In this document: piece after piece, positions 16,993-26,974 of the stretch
Position numbering within the stretch: the first letter of the stretch is position 1
Layout of the letters: each line of letters begins with the position of its first letter
DNA from: an uncultured Candidatus Saccharibacteria bacterium
GTDB taxonomy: Bacteria; Patescibacteriota; Minisyncoccia; Phycocordibacterales; UBA12088
NCBI GenBank assembly: GCA_964411375.1
Contig: CAYPKR010000002.1
Span: 129,960-193,959 of the forward strand
Direction of reading: 5' to 3'
Length of the DNA: 64,000 nt
Made by a program: the position numbers and the translations under genes
The notes under the pieces: generated by a model
Seen by the model: only the letters and a program-made list of their open reading frames with translations
What the model was told of the DNA's origin: nothing
Databases searched by the model: none

Positions 16993-18309
16993 TTATTGAT
17001 TGAGTGCGGCACGAGTTTGTGGGCCAACATTTCCCACTTGCTCAAGACCATGTGCAGCCTGGAATTTTTTGACTGCGGCTTCGGTGAGTGATCCGAAATA
17101 TCCAGTTGCATCTCCCGAGAAGAAGCCGATCGATTTAAGGACGCTCTGAAGCTGTTTGACCGCATCACTGGTCATTCCAATATGCAGTTCGCTCGTGAAT
17201 TTGTAGCCTGAAGCACTTCCTCCTCCAGAAAGCGCGGCTGATACATTGGCGATCACGGTCTGGTCAGCGCCGAATGATTGAAGAAGTGAAAGGATTGCTT
17301 GCACTTGTGTGTTCGTGAGTCCAGAAGAATGTGAGTTTGGATAAAAATAATTTGTTGCGGGAGGAAGATTTGGCGCAACCGGTGTTGAAGTTGATTGCAC
17401 GAGAATCGTTGCTGATGCGTTGCCGATGTGATTGTACGGATCGGTTACCAAAATCGTCAATGTGTGTGAACCCGCGTCGCGATTAAGTGGCGTCCACGAA
17501 AAGTTACCGCTCGCGTCAATGTTGGAATTTGCAACACTACTTCCGTTTACCGAATCGTTCACGTAATACGATGAACTTGAGAATCCGTTTGCAACGATAC
17601 TGAATGTAAATGGCGTGCCGACCATGACCGAAGTACTTGTTGCGAGATTGGTGAGCGATACGTATGGCTGTCCACTTACTGTAATGACTGCAGTTGTTGT
17701 CATATTTTGTCCGAGTGAATCAGTGGCAGAAATAGTGAGCGTGTGTGTTCCGATGTCTGCATATTTCGGCGTCCAAGAGAAGTAGCCGGAAGCGTCCATG
17801 TTTGCACTCGTGACTGAAGTGCCACTGAAGGAATCAGAAAGCGTTAACACTTGATTGATAAATCCAACTGCAGAAACGGAAAAGCTAACGGAAGAACCTG
17901 CAGAAACTGCCTGATTGGTGAGCGAGAAGATGCCGAGGGATGCAGGAACTTTAACGGTGAGTGTGGTCATTCCGCTAATCGGATTTCCACCCGAATCTGC
18001 AGAACGGAGAGTCAGCATGTGTGTTCCGACGTCATTTCCATTTGGCGTCCATGAAAAATTTCCATTCGAATCGATGTTGGCGTTCGACACACTGCTTCCG
18101 CTAAACGAATCACTGATTGTATACACTGGGTTTGCACCACCGGCGCCTGAAGCGACAAACGTGACCGTGGAACCCGCTGAAATAATCGAACCTGGGGTCG
18201 GAGATGAGACCGACACGATATTTGCGAGCGCCGATACTGGTGCGACAAAAAGTACAATCGCCGAGATAGCGAGGAGGGCGCGGCGAATACTAAGGACGAC
18301 TGATTGCAT
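16993..18309 (-). CDS. Secreted protein with three Ig-like (putative-Ig/He_PIG-type) repeats and a C-terminal peptidoglycan-binding domain
   Basis: Signal peptide. Three repeats of about 80 aa each contain S..V.NANIDSNGNFSWTP....G.HTLT. The C-terminus MTSDAVKQLQSVLKSIGFF...VKKFQAAHGLEQVGNVGPQTRAAL is PG_binding_1-like. Confidence 0.7.
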   Translation of the reverse strand: MQSVVLSIRRALLAISAIVLFVAPVSALANIVSVSSPTPGSIISAGSTVTFVASGAGGANPVYTISDSFSGSSVSNANIDSNGNFSWTPNGNDVGTHMLTLRSADSGGNPISGMTTLTVKVPASLGIFSLTNQAVSAGSSVSFSVSAVGFINQVLTLSDSFSGTSVTSANMDASGYFSWTPKYADIGTHTLTISATDSLGQNMTTTAVITVSGQPYVSLTNLATSTSVMVGTPFTFSIVANGFSSSSYYVNDSVNGSSVANSNIDASGNFSWTPLNRDAGSHTLTILVTDPYNHIGNASATILVQSTSTPVAPNLPPATNYFYPNSHSSGLTNTQVQAILSLLQSFGADQTVIANVSAALSGGGSASGYKFTSELHIGMTSDAVKQLQSVLKSIGFFSGDATGYFGSLTEAAVKKFQAAHGLEQVGNVGPQTRAALNQ

Positions 18310-18515
18310 AAATATTCGTTACGTTACTAGTAGATATTTCATGTACTATCGTATCATTCCACCCTCTTCTCCCGACAAGATATACACAATAAATGGCTAT
18401 ATATTTTATGAAAGAAATCCCCTTCCGCGGAGTCTTGAGTAATATCGGCGACCATTGAAGGAGGCCGAATTCTGTGGTAAGGTGCGTTCGGCCCCCATAG
18501 GGGCTTTTATTATTT

Positions 18516-19559
18516 ATGAAACTTTTCCTCAAAATACTGTCTACTCTCATCGCAACGATTATTTTCGTTGTGGCATCTTTGTTTGTTTGGAGACACACTT
18601 CGGAAGCGGAAAATACACGGTCTGATGCTCCGAACGATGCGGTTACCTGGGGCGTGGATTTTTCAGCAAGTCAGGCAGAATATCTCGGACTTGATCCGAA
18701 AGAAACATACGAAGCGATCATCCACGATCTCGGTGCCAAACATATAAAACTGCATATCAACTGGAATGCGGTCGAAGGATCGAAGGATTCCTATTATTTC
18801 AATGATGTCGACTGGCAAGTGAGCGAGGCAGAGAAAAACGGTGTCGAGCTCATTATGGTTGTCGGTATGAAAACCGGTCGTTGGCCGGAATGTCATTCCC
18901 CTTCTTGGACAGGAAATCTTTCGGCAGATGATCAGAAGGCGGAAGCGATTCAGTATGTGTCTGATATGGTGAATCGATACAAGGATTCAAAAGCAATCAA
19001 ATACTGGCAAATTGAAAACGAGCCGATGATCAAATTTGGTAAATGCCCCGGATGGTATTACGCCGATGATCATGAACTTCTTAAAGCAGAAGTTGCGAAA
19101 GTAAAATCAATTGATCCATCAAGAAAAATAATCGTCTCCGATTCGGGCGAATTGTCGTCGTGGACAGAAGTTGCAAAAATTGGCGACATTGTCGGAATTA
19201 CTATGTATCGAAATAGTTGGAAGCCGGGACTTTCGACTTTCGGTATTAATCCGTATGCGTTTCTTGCGCCTGAAGTCTACAAAGGCAAGGCGGCACTGAT
19301 ACAAAAGATGTTCGGCAAGGAAGTTATTTGTATCGAACTGCAGGCAGAACCGTGGGCATCGAAACCGCTTGCGGAAGCAAGCCTCGCTGATCAGGCAAAG
19401 TCGATGAATCCAGAGATGTTTGCCGAAAACATTGAATTTGCAAAACAAAGCGGACTCAAAGGATTTTATTTCTGGGGAGTCGAGTGGTGGTACGCCATGA
19501 AGACAAAGCACAATCAGCCAGAAATCTGGAATCAGGCGAAAGAATTGTTTGGAGAATAA
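18516..19559 (+). CDS. Clan GH-A glycoside hydrolase (GH5/GH113-like), membrane-anchored
   Basis: N-terminal TM helix. The WQIENEP motif carries the acid/base Glu in an NEP context, and a (beta/alpha)8-like periodicity is present. Confidence 0.65.
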   Translation: MKLFLKILSTLIATIIFVVASLFVWRHTSEAENTRSDAPNDAVTWGVDFSASQAEYLGLDPKETYEAIIHDLGAKHIKLHINWNAVEGSKDSYYFNDVDWQVSEAEKNGVELIMVVGMKTGRWPECHSPSWTGNLSADDQKAEAIQYVSDMVNRYKDSKAIKYWQIENEPMIKFGKCPGWYYADDHELLKAEVAKVKSIDPSRKIIVSDSGELSSWTEVAKIGDIVGITMYRNSWKPGLSTFGINPYAFLAPEVYKGKAALIQKMFGKEVICIELQAEPWASKPLAEASLADQAKSMNPEMFAENIEFAKQSGLKGFYFWGVEWWYAMKTKHNQPEIWNQAKELFGE

Positions 19560-19562
19560 AAA

Positions 19563-19988
19563 TTATTTTCCTGAAAATTCCTTTGTGTCGTGATACTCGT
19601 GATAGTTTGCAGTGAGTTCCTCTCCTTCCTTAATATCGCGAAGCGCGACAAAATCTTCCCCACCACGAAGCGCTCCCATGTTTGGATCTTCTGAATGATT
19701 TAGAAAAAATGATTTGTCGATTGCATCGATCCCGTAACTTGGCACAAAATAAATACCGTTTTGGAGTACGCAAAAATCACGTACTAATTTTTTAGCTACT
19801 TCGGGAGCATCAAACGCTTCAAGCTCTGCTTCGGGAAGTTCGATAACGCCACCAAACGGATCGCAGTATTTAAACGGATCAGTCCCACGAGGAATGAGGC
19901 GCGTCGCGACAACACCGACACCGTGATCTGTAGGTGCAATTCGGCAATACGATTCTTTGAGAGATTGCAAGAATTGTTTCTTATCCAT
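19563..19988 (-). CDS. SET-domain protein (putative lysine methyltransferase)
   Basis: 141 aa with the NHSEDPN (NHSxxPN) and GEELTANY (ELxxxY) SET signatures. Confidence 0.7.
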   Translation of the reverse strand: MDKKQFLQSLKESYCRIAPTDHGVGVVATRLIPRGTDPFKYCDPFGGVIELPEAELEAFDAPEVAKKLVRDFCVLQNGIYFVPSYGIDAIDKSFFLNHSEDPNMGALRGGEDFVALRDIKEGEELTANYHEYHDTKEFSGK

Positions 19989-20261
19989 GAATCTGAATTA
20001 TACGGTGAGAGACTTCAGATTAAAACATTGTGGAAATATTATTTCACTAATCGTTCACATGCTCTTTGGTACGATTCTTCCTAGGTCGGACTGGTCCCCG
20101 ACCGAAGATTACAATCTAATCAAAAGAGCATGGATGACAAAGAAAAAAAGCGAATGGAGAATGAGCAGAGAATCAAGGATGAACAAAATCGCGCTAATGA
20201 TTCAGAGAAACGCGCGTAGTACATCCGACAGCCCTGCCCCAAAAAGAATAGCGAAAGTGAT

Positions 20262-20289
20262 TCTGACCGCGGCATATGCCGCGGTCAGA
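20262..20289. promoter_or_regulatory. 28-bp perfect palindrome in the divergent SET / histidine-kinase intergenic region (candidate operator)
   Basis: TCTGACCGCGGCATATGCCGCGGTCAGA, located about 50 nt upstream of the kinase start, followed by TATACT. Confidence 0.4.
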
Positions 20290-20341
20290 CGGCGGGGAAA
20301 ATAGCGAAATCTCATGTATTCTTCATGTTTGAGCAGTATAC

Positions 20342-22453
20342 TTGTGCATAAAAATGGCTACAGCACCACTTACCATACAAGATCCAATTTCAGCCAAGAG
20401 CGGGAACGCTCTTAAATCCCGTATTGCCTCTTTTTTGCTCGTCTTTATTGCCATGACTTTGACCGGCAAAATCGGCCAGTACATTTTCTTCAATTTGGAT
20501 ATTTCGCCGGCGGTTATCTGGCCACCGGTTGGTATCGCGCTTGCCGCCGCATTTCTCGGAGGATATTGGATGGCGATTCCCATTTTTTTGGCACAAGTCG
20601 CGCTCACGGTCACCAGCCCTCGACCATCGATGTTTATCGTCGGTGCGGCATCAATTTTTTTCTACACAATACAACCGTTTATCGGAGCATACATTTTAAA
20701 GCGCTTTTGTTTTGATGAAAAAATCAATCGCGCAAAGGACGCGCTGCTTCTGATATTAGTCGCGCTTATCCTGCCAATGTTTGCGCCTCTATTCCTTTCA
20801 ACTACTCAGTTACTTGTGGGAACGCTCCAAGTGCCATTTTGGCAATCATGGAGTCGTGCAAGCGCCGGCGGTGTCTTAAGCATCATGATTTTAACGCCAT
20901 TCATAACCGCGTGGCGAAAGTTTCCTTTTGATCTCTTTACCGGAGAAAAACTGCTTGAAGTGATCGCATCAGTATCGCTACTTATTATCTGTATTTATGC
21001 AACATTTTGGACTACTCTTCCTCGTGCAAATGTATTTTTGGTTCTGTACATACTTTTTGCAACGCTCTTTTGGATTGGACTCCGTCTTGAATCGCGAATG
21101 ATGTCGCTTGCGCTTTTTTTGATCACGACGCTCGGTATCACCGGAAGCATATTGGCGCATCCAAGCGCAGTACCGCTTAACCAACAACTTTTTGCAGACG
21201 AATTGTTTATTATTTTGATTGCGCCGATCTTCATTCTTCTTGCTTCCCTCGTTGAAGAAAAAAAGAATGCAACACGGTCGCTCTCTGCACGTGCAATGGA
21301 GCTCGAAAAAGCGCTGGATCGACTTTCCCACGAAGATCAATCAAAAAATGAGTTTATTGCGATTCTTGCACATGAGCTTCGGAATCCGTTGGCGCCGATT
21401 TTAAGTACACTTGAACTCTTGAAAATTGAGGCGGCTGATCCCGAAGCAGCCAGACTTATCAAAAATACAATTACGCAAACCAACACGATGCGTCGCCTGC
21501 TCGACGATCTTCTTGATGCTGCTCGAGTGTCGCAACAGCGATTTGTTCTCAAAAAAGAAACCGTCGAGTTTCGCCAGATCGCTGAGAATGCCGCTGCAAG
21601 CGTTGAAGCATTTTTCGAAAGCAAAGGTCACAAACTTTCTGTTTCCCTTCCATCGACACCGACATTTTTGAATGTCGATCCGGTTCGTTTTGAACAAATC
21701 ATTGTTAATTTGTTAAATAACGCTGGTAAATATACTGATTCGAGAGGACGTATTTCTCTCGAAGCTTTTGTCGAAGGAGATACGCTCATGATCCGCGTGA
21801 GAGATAACGGCATTGGTATACACGAAGACGAACTCCAAAGTATTTTTGCGCCGTTCTATCAGATTCGCGCACATCCACGAGTAGGAAGTGGACTTGGTAT
21901 TGGATTGTCCCTCACAAAACGGCTTGTTGAAATGCATGGTGGAAAGATCGAATCATCGAGCGACGGAATAGGAAAAGGAAGTACATTTACCGTCCGCATT
22001 CCATGCGTGCAGATGCAGCGGAAAGGAATCCCGATTACGATCCCAAAAGCCACAGTTCTAGGGAGTGACGGCGGTTGGAAAGTACTCGTCGTCGATGATA
22101 ATCGCGCGGCGGCGGAAGGAATTGCGGCACTTCTTAAATATCGCGGTCATTCAGTCGCGGTTGTGCATAGCGGTGAAGAAGCAGTGGAAACAGCGAGCGA
22201 ATTTGATCCGAATGTGGTACTTCTTGACATCGGACTTCCGGACATAGACGGCTACGAAGTAGCGAGAAGACTTCGAGCAGCACATTTCTCTGCTCCGCTT
22301 GTTGCACTCTCCGGGTATGGGCAGGAAGAGCACAAACAAAAAGCGCGTGAAGCAGGATTTAATCATCACCTGACAAAACCATCAGGAATTGCTGATATTG
22401 AAGAGGTGTTCCAAAAAATTAAATATCAAGGGAGTGAGTCGAGAGTGTCGTAG
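20342..22453 (+). CDS. Hybrid sensor histidine kinase / response regulator with a polytopic N-terminal membrane domain
   Basis: About 8 TM helices. HisKA H-box LAHELRNPLAPI. HATPase_c motifs DNGIGI...GSGLGIGLSL. C-terminal receiver domain VLVVDDN...LLDIGLPDIDGYEV. The start may be Met5 (20354). Confidence 0.85.
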   Translation: MCIKMATAPLTIQDPISAKSGNALKSRIASFLLVFIAMTLTGKIGQYIFFNLDISPAVIWPPVGIALAAAFLGGYWMAIPIFLAQVALTVTSPRPSMFIVGAASIFFYTIQPFIGAYILKRFCFDEKINRAKDALLLILVALILPMFAPLFLSTTQLLVGTLQVPFWQSWSRASAGGVLSIMILTPFITAWRKFPFDLFTGEKLLEVIASVSLLIICIYATFWTTLPRANVFLVLYILFATLFWIGLRLESRMMSLALFLITTLGITGSILAHPSAVPLNQQLFADELFIILIAPIFILLASLVEEKKNATRSLSARAMELEKALDRLSHEDQSKNEFIAILAHELRNPLAPILSTLELLKIEAADPEAARLIKNTITQTNTMRRLLDDLLDAARVSQQRFVLKKETVEFRQIAENAAASVEAFFESKGHKLSVSLPSTPTFLNVDPVRFEQIIVNLLNNAGKYTDSRGRISLEAFVEGDTLMIRVRDNGIGIHEDELQSIFAPFYQIRAHPRVGSGLGIGLSLTKRLVEMHGGKIESSSDGIGKGSTFTVRIPCVQMQRKGIPITIPKATVLGSDGGWKVLVVDDNRAAAEGIAALLKYRGHSVAVVHSGEEAVETASEFDPNVVLLDIGLPDIDGYEVARRLRAAHFSAPLVALSGYGQEEHKQKAREAGFNHHLTKPSGIADIEEVFQKIKYQGSESRVS

Positions 22454-22490
22454 CACTTTCCGTTTCTCTAAGAGATTGGCATACTGAAGT

Positions 22491-23117
22491 ATGCTTGGTC
22501 TGAACAAGAAAGAGACAGAGATTTTCAAAAAACTGACGACGCCGATCAAGATACAGGATTTCGTAAATACGATTCCTGTTAATTTTGAAAAGCACGGCGA
22601 GACGTTGTATTCCCCGAGACGCGTTCTCGAAGAACACAAAGCGCACTGCTTCGAAGGCGCGCTACTTGCTGCGGCGATTCTGTGGTTCCACGGAGAAAAA
22701 CCCCTAATAATTGATATCATCTCAAGCGATGATGACGAATCGCATGTGCTTGCGCTCTATCAAAGAAACGGTCTTTGGGGAGCAATCAGCAAAACCAATC
22801 ATGCAACGATCCGATTTCGCGATCCAGTGTACAAAAATGTACGTGAGCTCGTCATGTCGTATTTCCACGAATATTTTTTAAATACGACCGGCAAAAAAAC
22901 ACTGCGCACCTATCCGAAGCCGTTTAACCTCGCATCTCTTGGTGAATCGTGGGTGACGTCCACAACTGATTTGTGGAACATCAACGATCTTCTCGATGAT
23001 CGTGAACATTTTGATATTGTTCCACGTGGACACGAACGGTATTTGCGACACGCCGACAAAATGGAGATACAAGCCGGCAAAATCATTGAGTGGCAGAAGC
23101 GCGATCCCCGCACATAA
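22491..23117 (+). CDS. Hypothetical protein; possible transglutaminase-like/cysteine-peptidase fold
   Basis: 208 aa. Cys in AHCFEGALLAAAILWF, then His and Asp in the order expected for a papain/transglutaminase-like triad. This is pattern-level only. Confidence 0.4.
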   Translation: MLGLNKKETEIFKKLTTPIKIQDFVNTIPVNFEKHGETLYSPRRVLEEHKAHCFEGALLAAAILWFHGEKPLIIDIISSDDDESHVLALYQRNGLWGAISKTNHATIRFRDPVYKNVRELVMSYFHEYFLNTTGKKTLRTYPKPFNLASLGESWVTSTTDLWNINDLLDDREHFDIVPRGHERYLRHADKMEIQAGKIIEWQKRDPRT

Positions 23118-23178
23118 CGCACACGTGCTGTTTTTTCTGCTCGAGCTATACTAGAGGCAGTTTTATTAACCTCAATAT

Positions 23179-23607
23179 ATGTATATGGAAATGGTGCCGA
23201 TTAATTACTTGGCGGTCTTTGCGTCAGTTGTAGTCATGGTAGTACTTGGTTCGCTCTGGTATGGACCTTTGTTTGGAAAAACATGGGCGCGACTTGCAGG
23301 AATTTCGATGGACCGAAAACCATCAAGCGGAGAAATGGCAAAGCTTGTCGGTATCATGGCGATTGGATCGTTTTTTATGGCGTTTGTTCTCGCGCATTCA
23401 CTCGTATTCGCCGCGTCGTACACACAAAGTAGCGGTATCTCTGCGGGACTCATGGCGGCATTTTGGAACTGGCTTGGCTTTATCGTTCCGCTTACCGTCT
23501 CGCCAGTACTCTGGGAGAAAAAACCGTGGTCACTCTTCTTCCTTAACTCTGCATACTATCTCGTCGGTCTTTGCCTTATGGGCACTATTCTTGCGATTTG
23601 GGTCTAA
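23179..23607 (+). CDS. DUF1761-like small membrane protein
   Basis: 142 aa, 4 TM. LWYGPLFGKTWARL is characteristic of this family. Confidence 0.5.
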   Translation: MYMEMVPINYLAVFASVVVMVVLGSLWYGPLFGKTWARLAGISMDRKPSSGEMAKLVGIMAIGSFFMAFVLAHSLVFAASYTQSSGISAGLMAAFWNWLGFIVPLTVSPVLWEKKPWSLFFLNSAYYLVGLCLMGTILAIWV

Positions 23608-23654
23608 GATTTCCCTTCCGCATTCCAACAAAACAAGCCATACTGAACTGATCT

Positions 23655-24254
23655 ATGGGAATAGTCGAAATCTACCTCGCAGCCAAGGCATGGGTTTGGA
23701 GTTCGAAGTATCTTCTCCTGTTTGCCGGATGTTACCTCGAAGGCACACTCGTCATGATGGCGGGCGGCGTGTTGTGGCATTTGGGACAGGTTGAATTCTG
23801 GCCGATGTACCTAGCACTTCTTCTTGGTGATTTTCTCTCCGACATAATGTGGTATCTGATCGGCTACTTTGGAGCGCGGCCCGTGGTTGCCAAATGGGGG
23901 CATCTCTTTGGAATGACGCCGCCCGTTATGGAAAAAGTGGAACGACGATTCAATACGCATCACGATTGGATTCTTGCCATTTCAAAACTCACGATGGGCT
24001 TCGGGTTTGCGATTGCAACGCTCGTAACCGCCGGAATGCTCCGCGTGTCATTCTTCCGCTATGTCCTAATAAACGGAGTTCTCGGAATCGCATGGGTATT
24101 TGCGATGGTTATGGTTGGCTATTACTTTGGAAATCTCATCGAACTCTTCCCTATTCCGCGAATATACAAGATTGGTGGCGCAGCAGTCTTCCTCATCATT
24201 GCCGCAACTCTCATGGCTTTGATAAATCGTCGACTCGCAAAATCAGATTGGTAG
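23655..24254 (+). CDS. DedA/VTT-domain membrane protein
   Basis: 199 aa, polytopic. DedA-like G..LG.F..D motifs. Confidence 0.65.
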   Translation: MGIVEIYLAAKAWVWSSKYLLLFAGCYLEGTLVMMAGGVLWHLGQVEFWPMYLALLLGDFLSDIMWYLIGYFGARPVVAKWGHLFGMTPPVMEKVERRFNTHHDWILAISKLTMGFGFAIATLVTAGMLRVSFFRYVLINGVLGIAWVFAMVMVGYYFGNLIELFPIPRIYKIGGAAVFLIIAATLMALINRRLAKSDW

Positions 24255-24255
24255 C

Positions 24256-24978
24256 ATGAAACTTTCGATCATTATTCCAACATTTGAGGAAGCGGGGGCG
24301 ATCGAACGCACGCTTCAGAATCTTCAAGGACTCGGAAGTATTTCTCATGAAATTATTGTTGCCGACAGTGGCTCAACCGATCAAACGGTTGAAATTGCTA
24401 AAAAATATACTGACAAAGTGTATGTCTACACCGATCAGCCAAAGAATGCGTCACGCGGACGAAATCTTGGTGCGCTTCACGCATCAGGAGAGTTACTCGC
24501 ATTCATCGACGCTGATGTACTTCCAGTGAATCCAAACGAATTTTTCAAAGAAGCAATTCGCCGTTTTGACGCTGATCCAAAACTCGTTGCGGCTGGAGTA
24601 TGCGTACGTGCACTTCCGGAAGTCGAAACATGGAGCGACCGAATATCTCATATTTTGGTAAATCTCTTTTGCTATCTTTCCAACAATATTCTCCGAGTTG
24701 GCGGAATTTCGGGAGAGTTTCAAATGATCAGAAAGGATGCATTTGAAAAAGTCGGTAAATACAATGAGCATTTAAAAATCACGGAAGATAATGATCTCTA
24801 TGGACGCTTAGTCAAAATCGGCAAGACCCGCACCTTTTGGAATTTGATGGTGATGCATCCCAGCCGCCGCGCCCATGCGATTGGCTGGCGAAGACTTTGG
24901 ACTGAATGGATCTTGAATCTTATTTCAGTCAAACTTCGTGGAAGGTCATGGAGCGACGAGTGGCTCCATATCCGCTAA
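24256..24978 (+). CDS. Family 2 glycosyltransferase
   Basis: MKLSIIIPTFEEAGAIERTL...DADV (DxD) GT-A fold signatures. Confidence 0.85.
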   Translation: MKLSIIIPTFEEAGAIERTLQNLQGLGSISHEIIVADSGSTDQTVEIAKKYTDKVYVYTDQPKNASRGRNLGALHASGELLAFIDADVLPVNPNEFFKEAIRRFDADPKLVAAGVCVRALPEVETWSDRISHILVNLFCYLSNNILRVGGISGEFQMIRKDAFEKVGKYNEHLKITEDNDLYGRLVKIGKTRTFWNLMVMHPSRRAHAIGWRRLWTEWILNLISVKLRGRSWSDEWLHIR

Positions 24979-24980
24979 AT

Positions 24981-26126
24981 TTATTTTTTGTGCTCACGAA
25001 TCGCCTGCTCGTAGAGCGATACGATTTCTGAAAGTACCTCTTTCTCTGAATAGTGCATCGATAATTCTCTCGAGCGCTTACCAAATCGTTCACGAAGCGC
25101 TTGATCAGACAAAAGCTCGATTGTTTTTTCTGCCATTTTCTTTGGATCATCGGGAGGTGTTAAAAATGCATTACCACCGTCTTCAAACATTTCCTCAAGA
25201 CCGAGTGAGCGAGTTGCAACGATCGGGAGTCCGACTGCCATTGCTTCCATCAAGGCGAGCGGCATATTTTCACTCTTGCTCGCGGTCAAAAACACATCTC
25301 CTTCGCGCATCCGATCAACCAATTCTTGTCCATGAATAAATCCAGTGATTGTCGTATTTGTCTGAATCCCCTTTTGTTTGATGTACGCATCGAGAATGCC
25401 GCGCTCCCCGCCATCTCCAATAAGGACAAGTTTGGTATTTGGATGTTTTTGGATTATGAGGGACGCGGCATCAATAACGCCTTTTACATTTTTTTCGTAA
25501 CTCAACCGACCCATGTAAATAAGGGTCTGGTCTTTGTTCGTATTTTTACGAGCTGAAGCGGGCGAAAAAAAATCGACATCAAGGATGTTTGGCAACACGA
25601 CAATCGGACGACGAAGCAGGTACATTTCAAAATAGCGTGCAAGTGATTTGCTTGGACTGACAACAATGCAGCAATTATTGTAATAGCGAATGGTTAAATA
25701 CCACGCCGCTTTTCTAGACCAATCAAAATCGATGTAGACATGTTTCAAATAATGATCGAGAAAAGTGTGATGCGTTCCAATTAATGGCACATGCAGTTTT
25801 TTTGCCGCCTTCGCCGCATGATGTCCCATGCCAAATGGCGTGTGCGTATGAATGATATCAGGTGCGAATGCACGAAGATCAGATACGACATTTCCAATCG
25901 GAAGACAAACTCGCTCGCCAGGATACACGAAAAGCGGCATCGAATGCATTTTGCGCACGGTAAACGCATTCCCTACTTTTTGCTGTAATTCTGCTTCGGA
26001 AAGCGCGGAGACCGTATAGACGCGAACGGTATGCCCTGCCTTTGAGAGCGCATGTGCATAGCGATAAACCGTGTTTGCGACCCCATTCACTTGCGGGTAG
26101 AAGGTGTCGGTGAATAAGGCGATTCT
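24981..26126 (-). CDS. GT4-family (GT-B) glycosyltransferase
   Basis: MRIALFTDTFYPQVNGVANTV... N-terminus. The C-terminus E..PLALMEAMAVGLPIVAT is the EX7E-type motif. The start is trimmed to the MRIALF Met (26126). Confidence 0.85.
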   Translation of the reverse strand, partial: RIALFTDTFYPQVNGVANTVYRYAHALSKAGHTVRVYTVSALSEAELQQKVGNAFTVRKMHSMPLFVYPGERVCLPIGNVVSDLRAFAPDIIHTHTPFGMGHHAAKAAKKLHVPLIGTHHTFLDHYLKHVYIDFDWSRKAAWYLTIRYYNNCCIVVSPSKSLARYFEMYLLRRPIVVLPNILDVDFFSPASARKNTNKDQTLIYMGRLSYEKNVKGVIDAASLIIQKHPNTKLVLIGDGGERGILDAYIKQKGIQTNTTITGFIHGQELVDRMREGDVFLTASKSENMPLALMEAMAVGLPIVATRSLGLEEMFEDGGNAFLTPPDDPKKMAEKTIELLSDQALRERFGKRSRELSMHYSEKEVLSEIVSLYEQAIREHKK

Positions 26127-26218
26127 CATGAAGAATAGTGGATTTGAAAGTACTGTGATTGTAGTACATATTGAGAAAAAATCGAGCGCCCGGAATGTTT
26201 CATCCGGGCGCAAAATGA

Positions 26219-26839
26219 TTACTTCGGTTTCGGTGGCCAGTTCCTATAGGCAGGAGGAAAGGCGGCTCCGACCTCCTGCGGCCGCATGTTCCTCATTATC
26301 CACTCGGGAGCTGCTTTCTTCAGCCATGCTTGCTGGTCGAGACGTCCGGTCCGCGCATCATAGACAAACGTCCCGACCCAGACTGCGAATAGAGCGATTC
26401 CCCACACCCAGTACGGGATAACGTAGTCGGTCTCGTTACCAAGTGCGACGAATACGAAGAATGATTCAGATACGAGGAATGCAAGAATCGGGACAATTAT
26501 GAGCGTATGATATGCTTCGCCCGATTTTCCGATAAAGGTGCCGCTTTTGCGGGATTCGATGGTCATAAAATACACCACGAAGATAACCGCTATCAATATA
26601 GAAACAGGCATGACACCATCAAATGTTTCGAATTCCGCCCAAGGATTATCATGGAGCCCCTGGAGAGCCATACCGATCAGTAATACAAGCGCCGTGTCAC
26701 CAATAAGGCTCGAGTACGAGTTGTTGTACGACATTCCTTCATGCTTCTGGCGAATCGGATGGAGTGCCCCCACGCATATAAACCAGAGAGTGAATGTTGC
26801 GAACATGGGGACGAGCGAAAACAATGCCATCAACAGCAT
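26219..26839 (-). CDS. Hypothetical polytopic membrane protein
   Basis: 206 aa, 5-6 hydrophobic helices, no recognised motif. Confidence 0.45.
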   Translation of the reverse strand: MLLMALFSLVPMFATFTLWFICVGALHPIRQKHEGMSYNNSYSSLIGDTALVLLIGMALQGLHDNPWAEFETFDGVMPVSILIAVIFVVYFMTIESRKSGTFIGKSGEAYHTLIIVPILAFLVSESFFVFVALGNETDYVIPYWVWGIALFAVWVGTFVYDARTGRLDQQAWLKKAAPEWIMRNMRPQEVGAAFPPAYRNWPPKPK

Positions 26840-26974
26840 CAGATTTCTCCGAAGATCAAAGACGCGGTTGCTCCGCGCCGAGCTAGCAGGAATATAACAT
26901 ATATTTTAAATTTGTCAAAAATGCCGTCCCCACTTTTGGGACTTGGCATAAATACGAGATGCTACAATTCAAAG

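Noticed and set aside
20978-22720. Multiple antisense ORFs inside the histidine kinase gene (e.g. 20978..21340, 21337..21624, 22382..22720)
   Set aside because: They are embedded antisense in a well-supported long CDS and have Arg/Cys/Ser-rich low-complexity translations.
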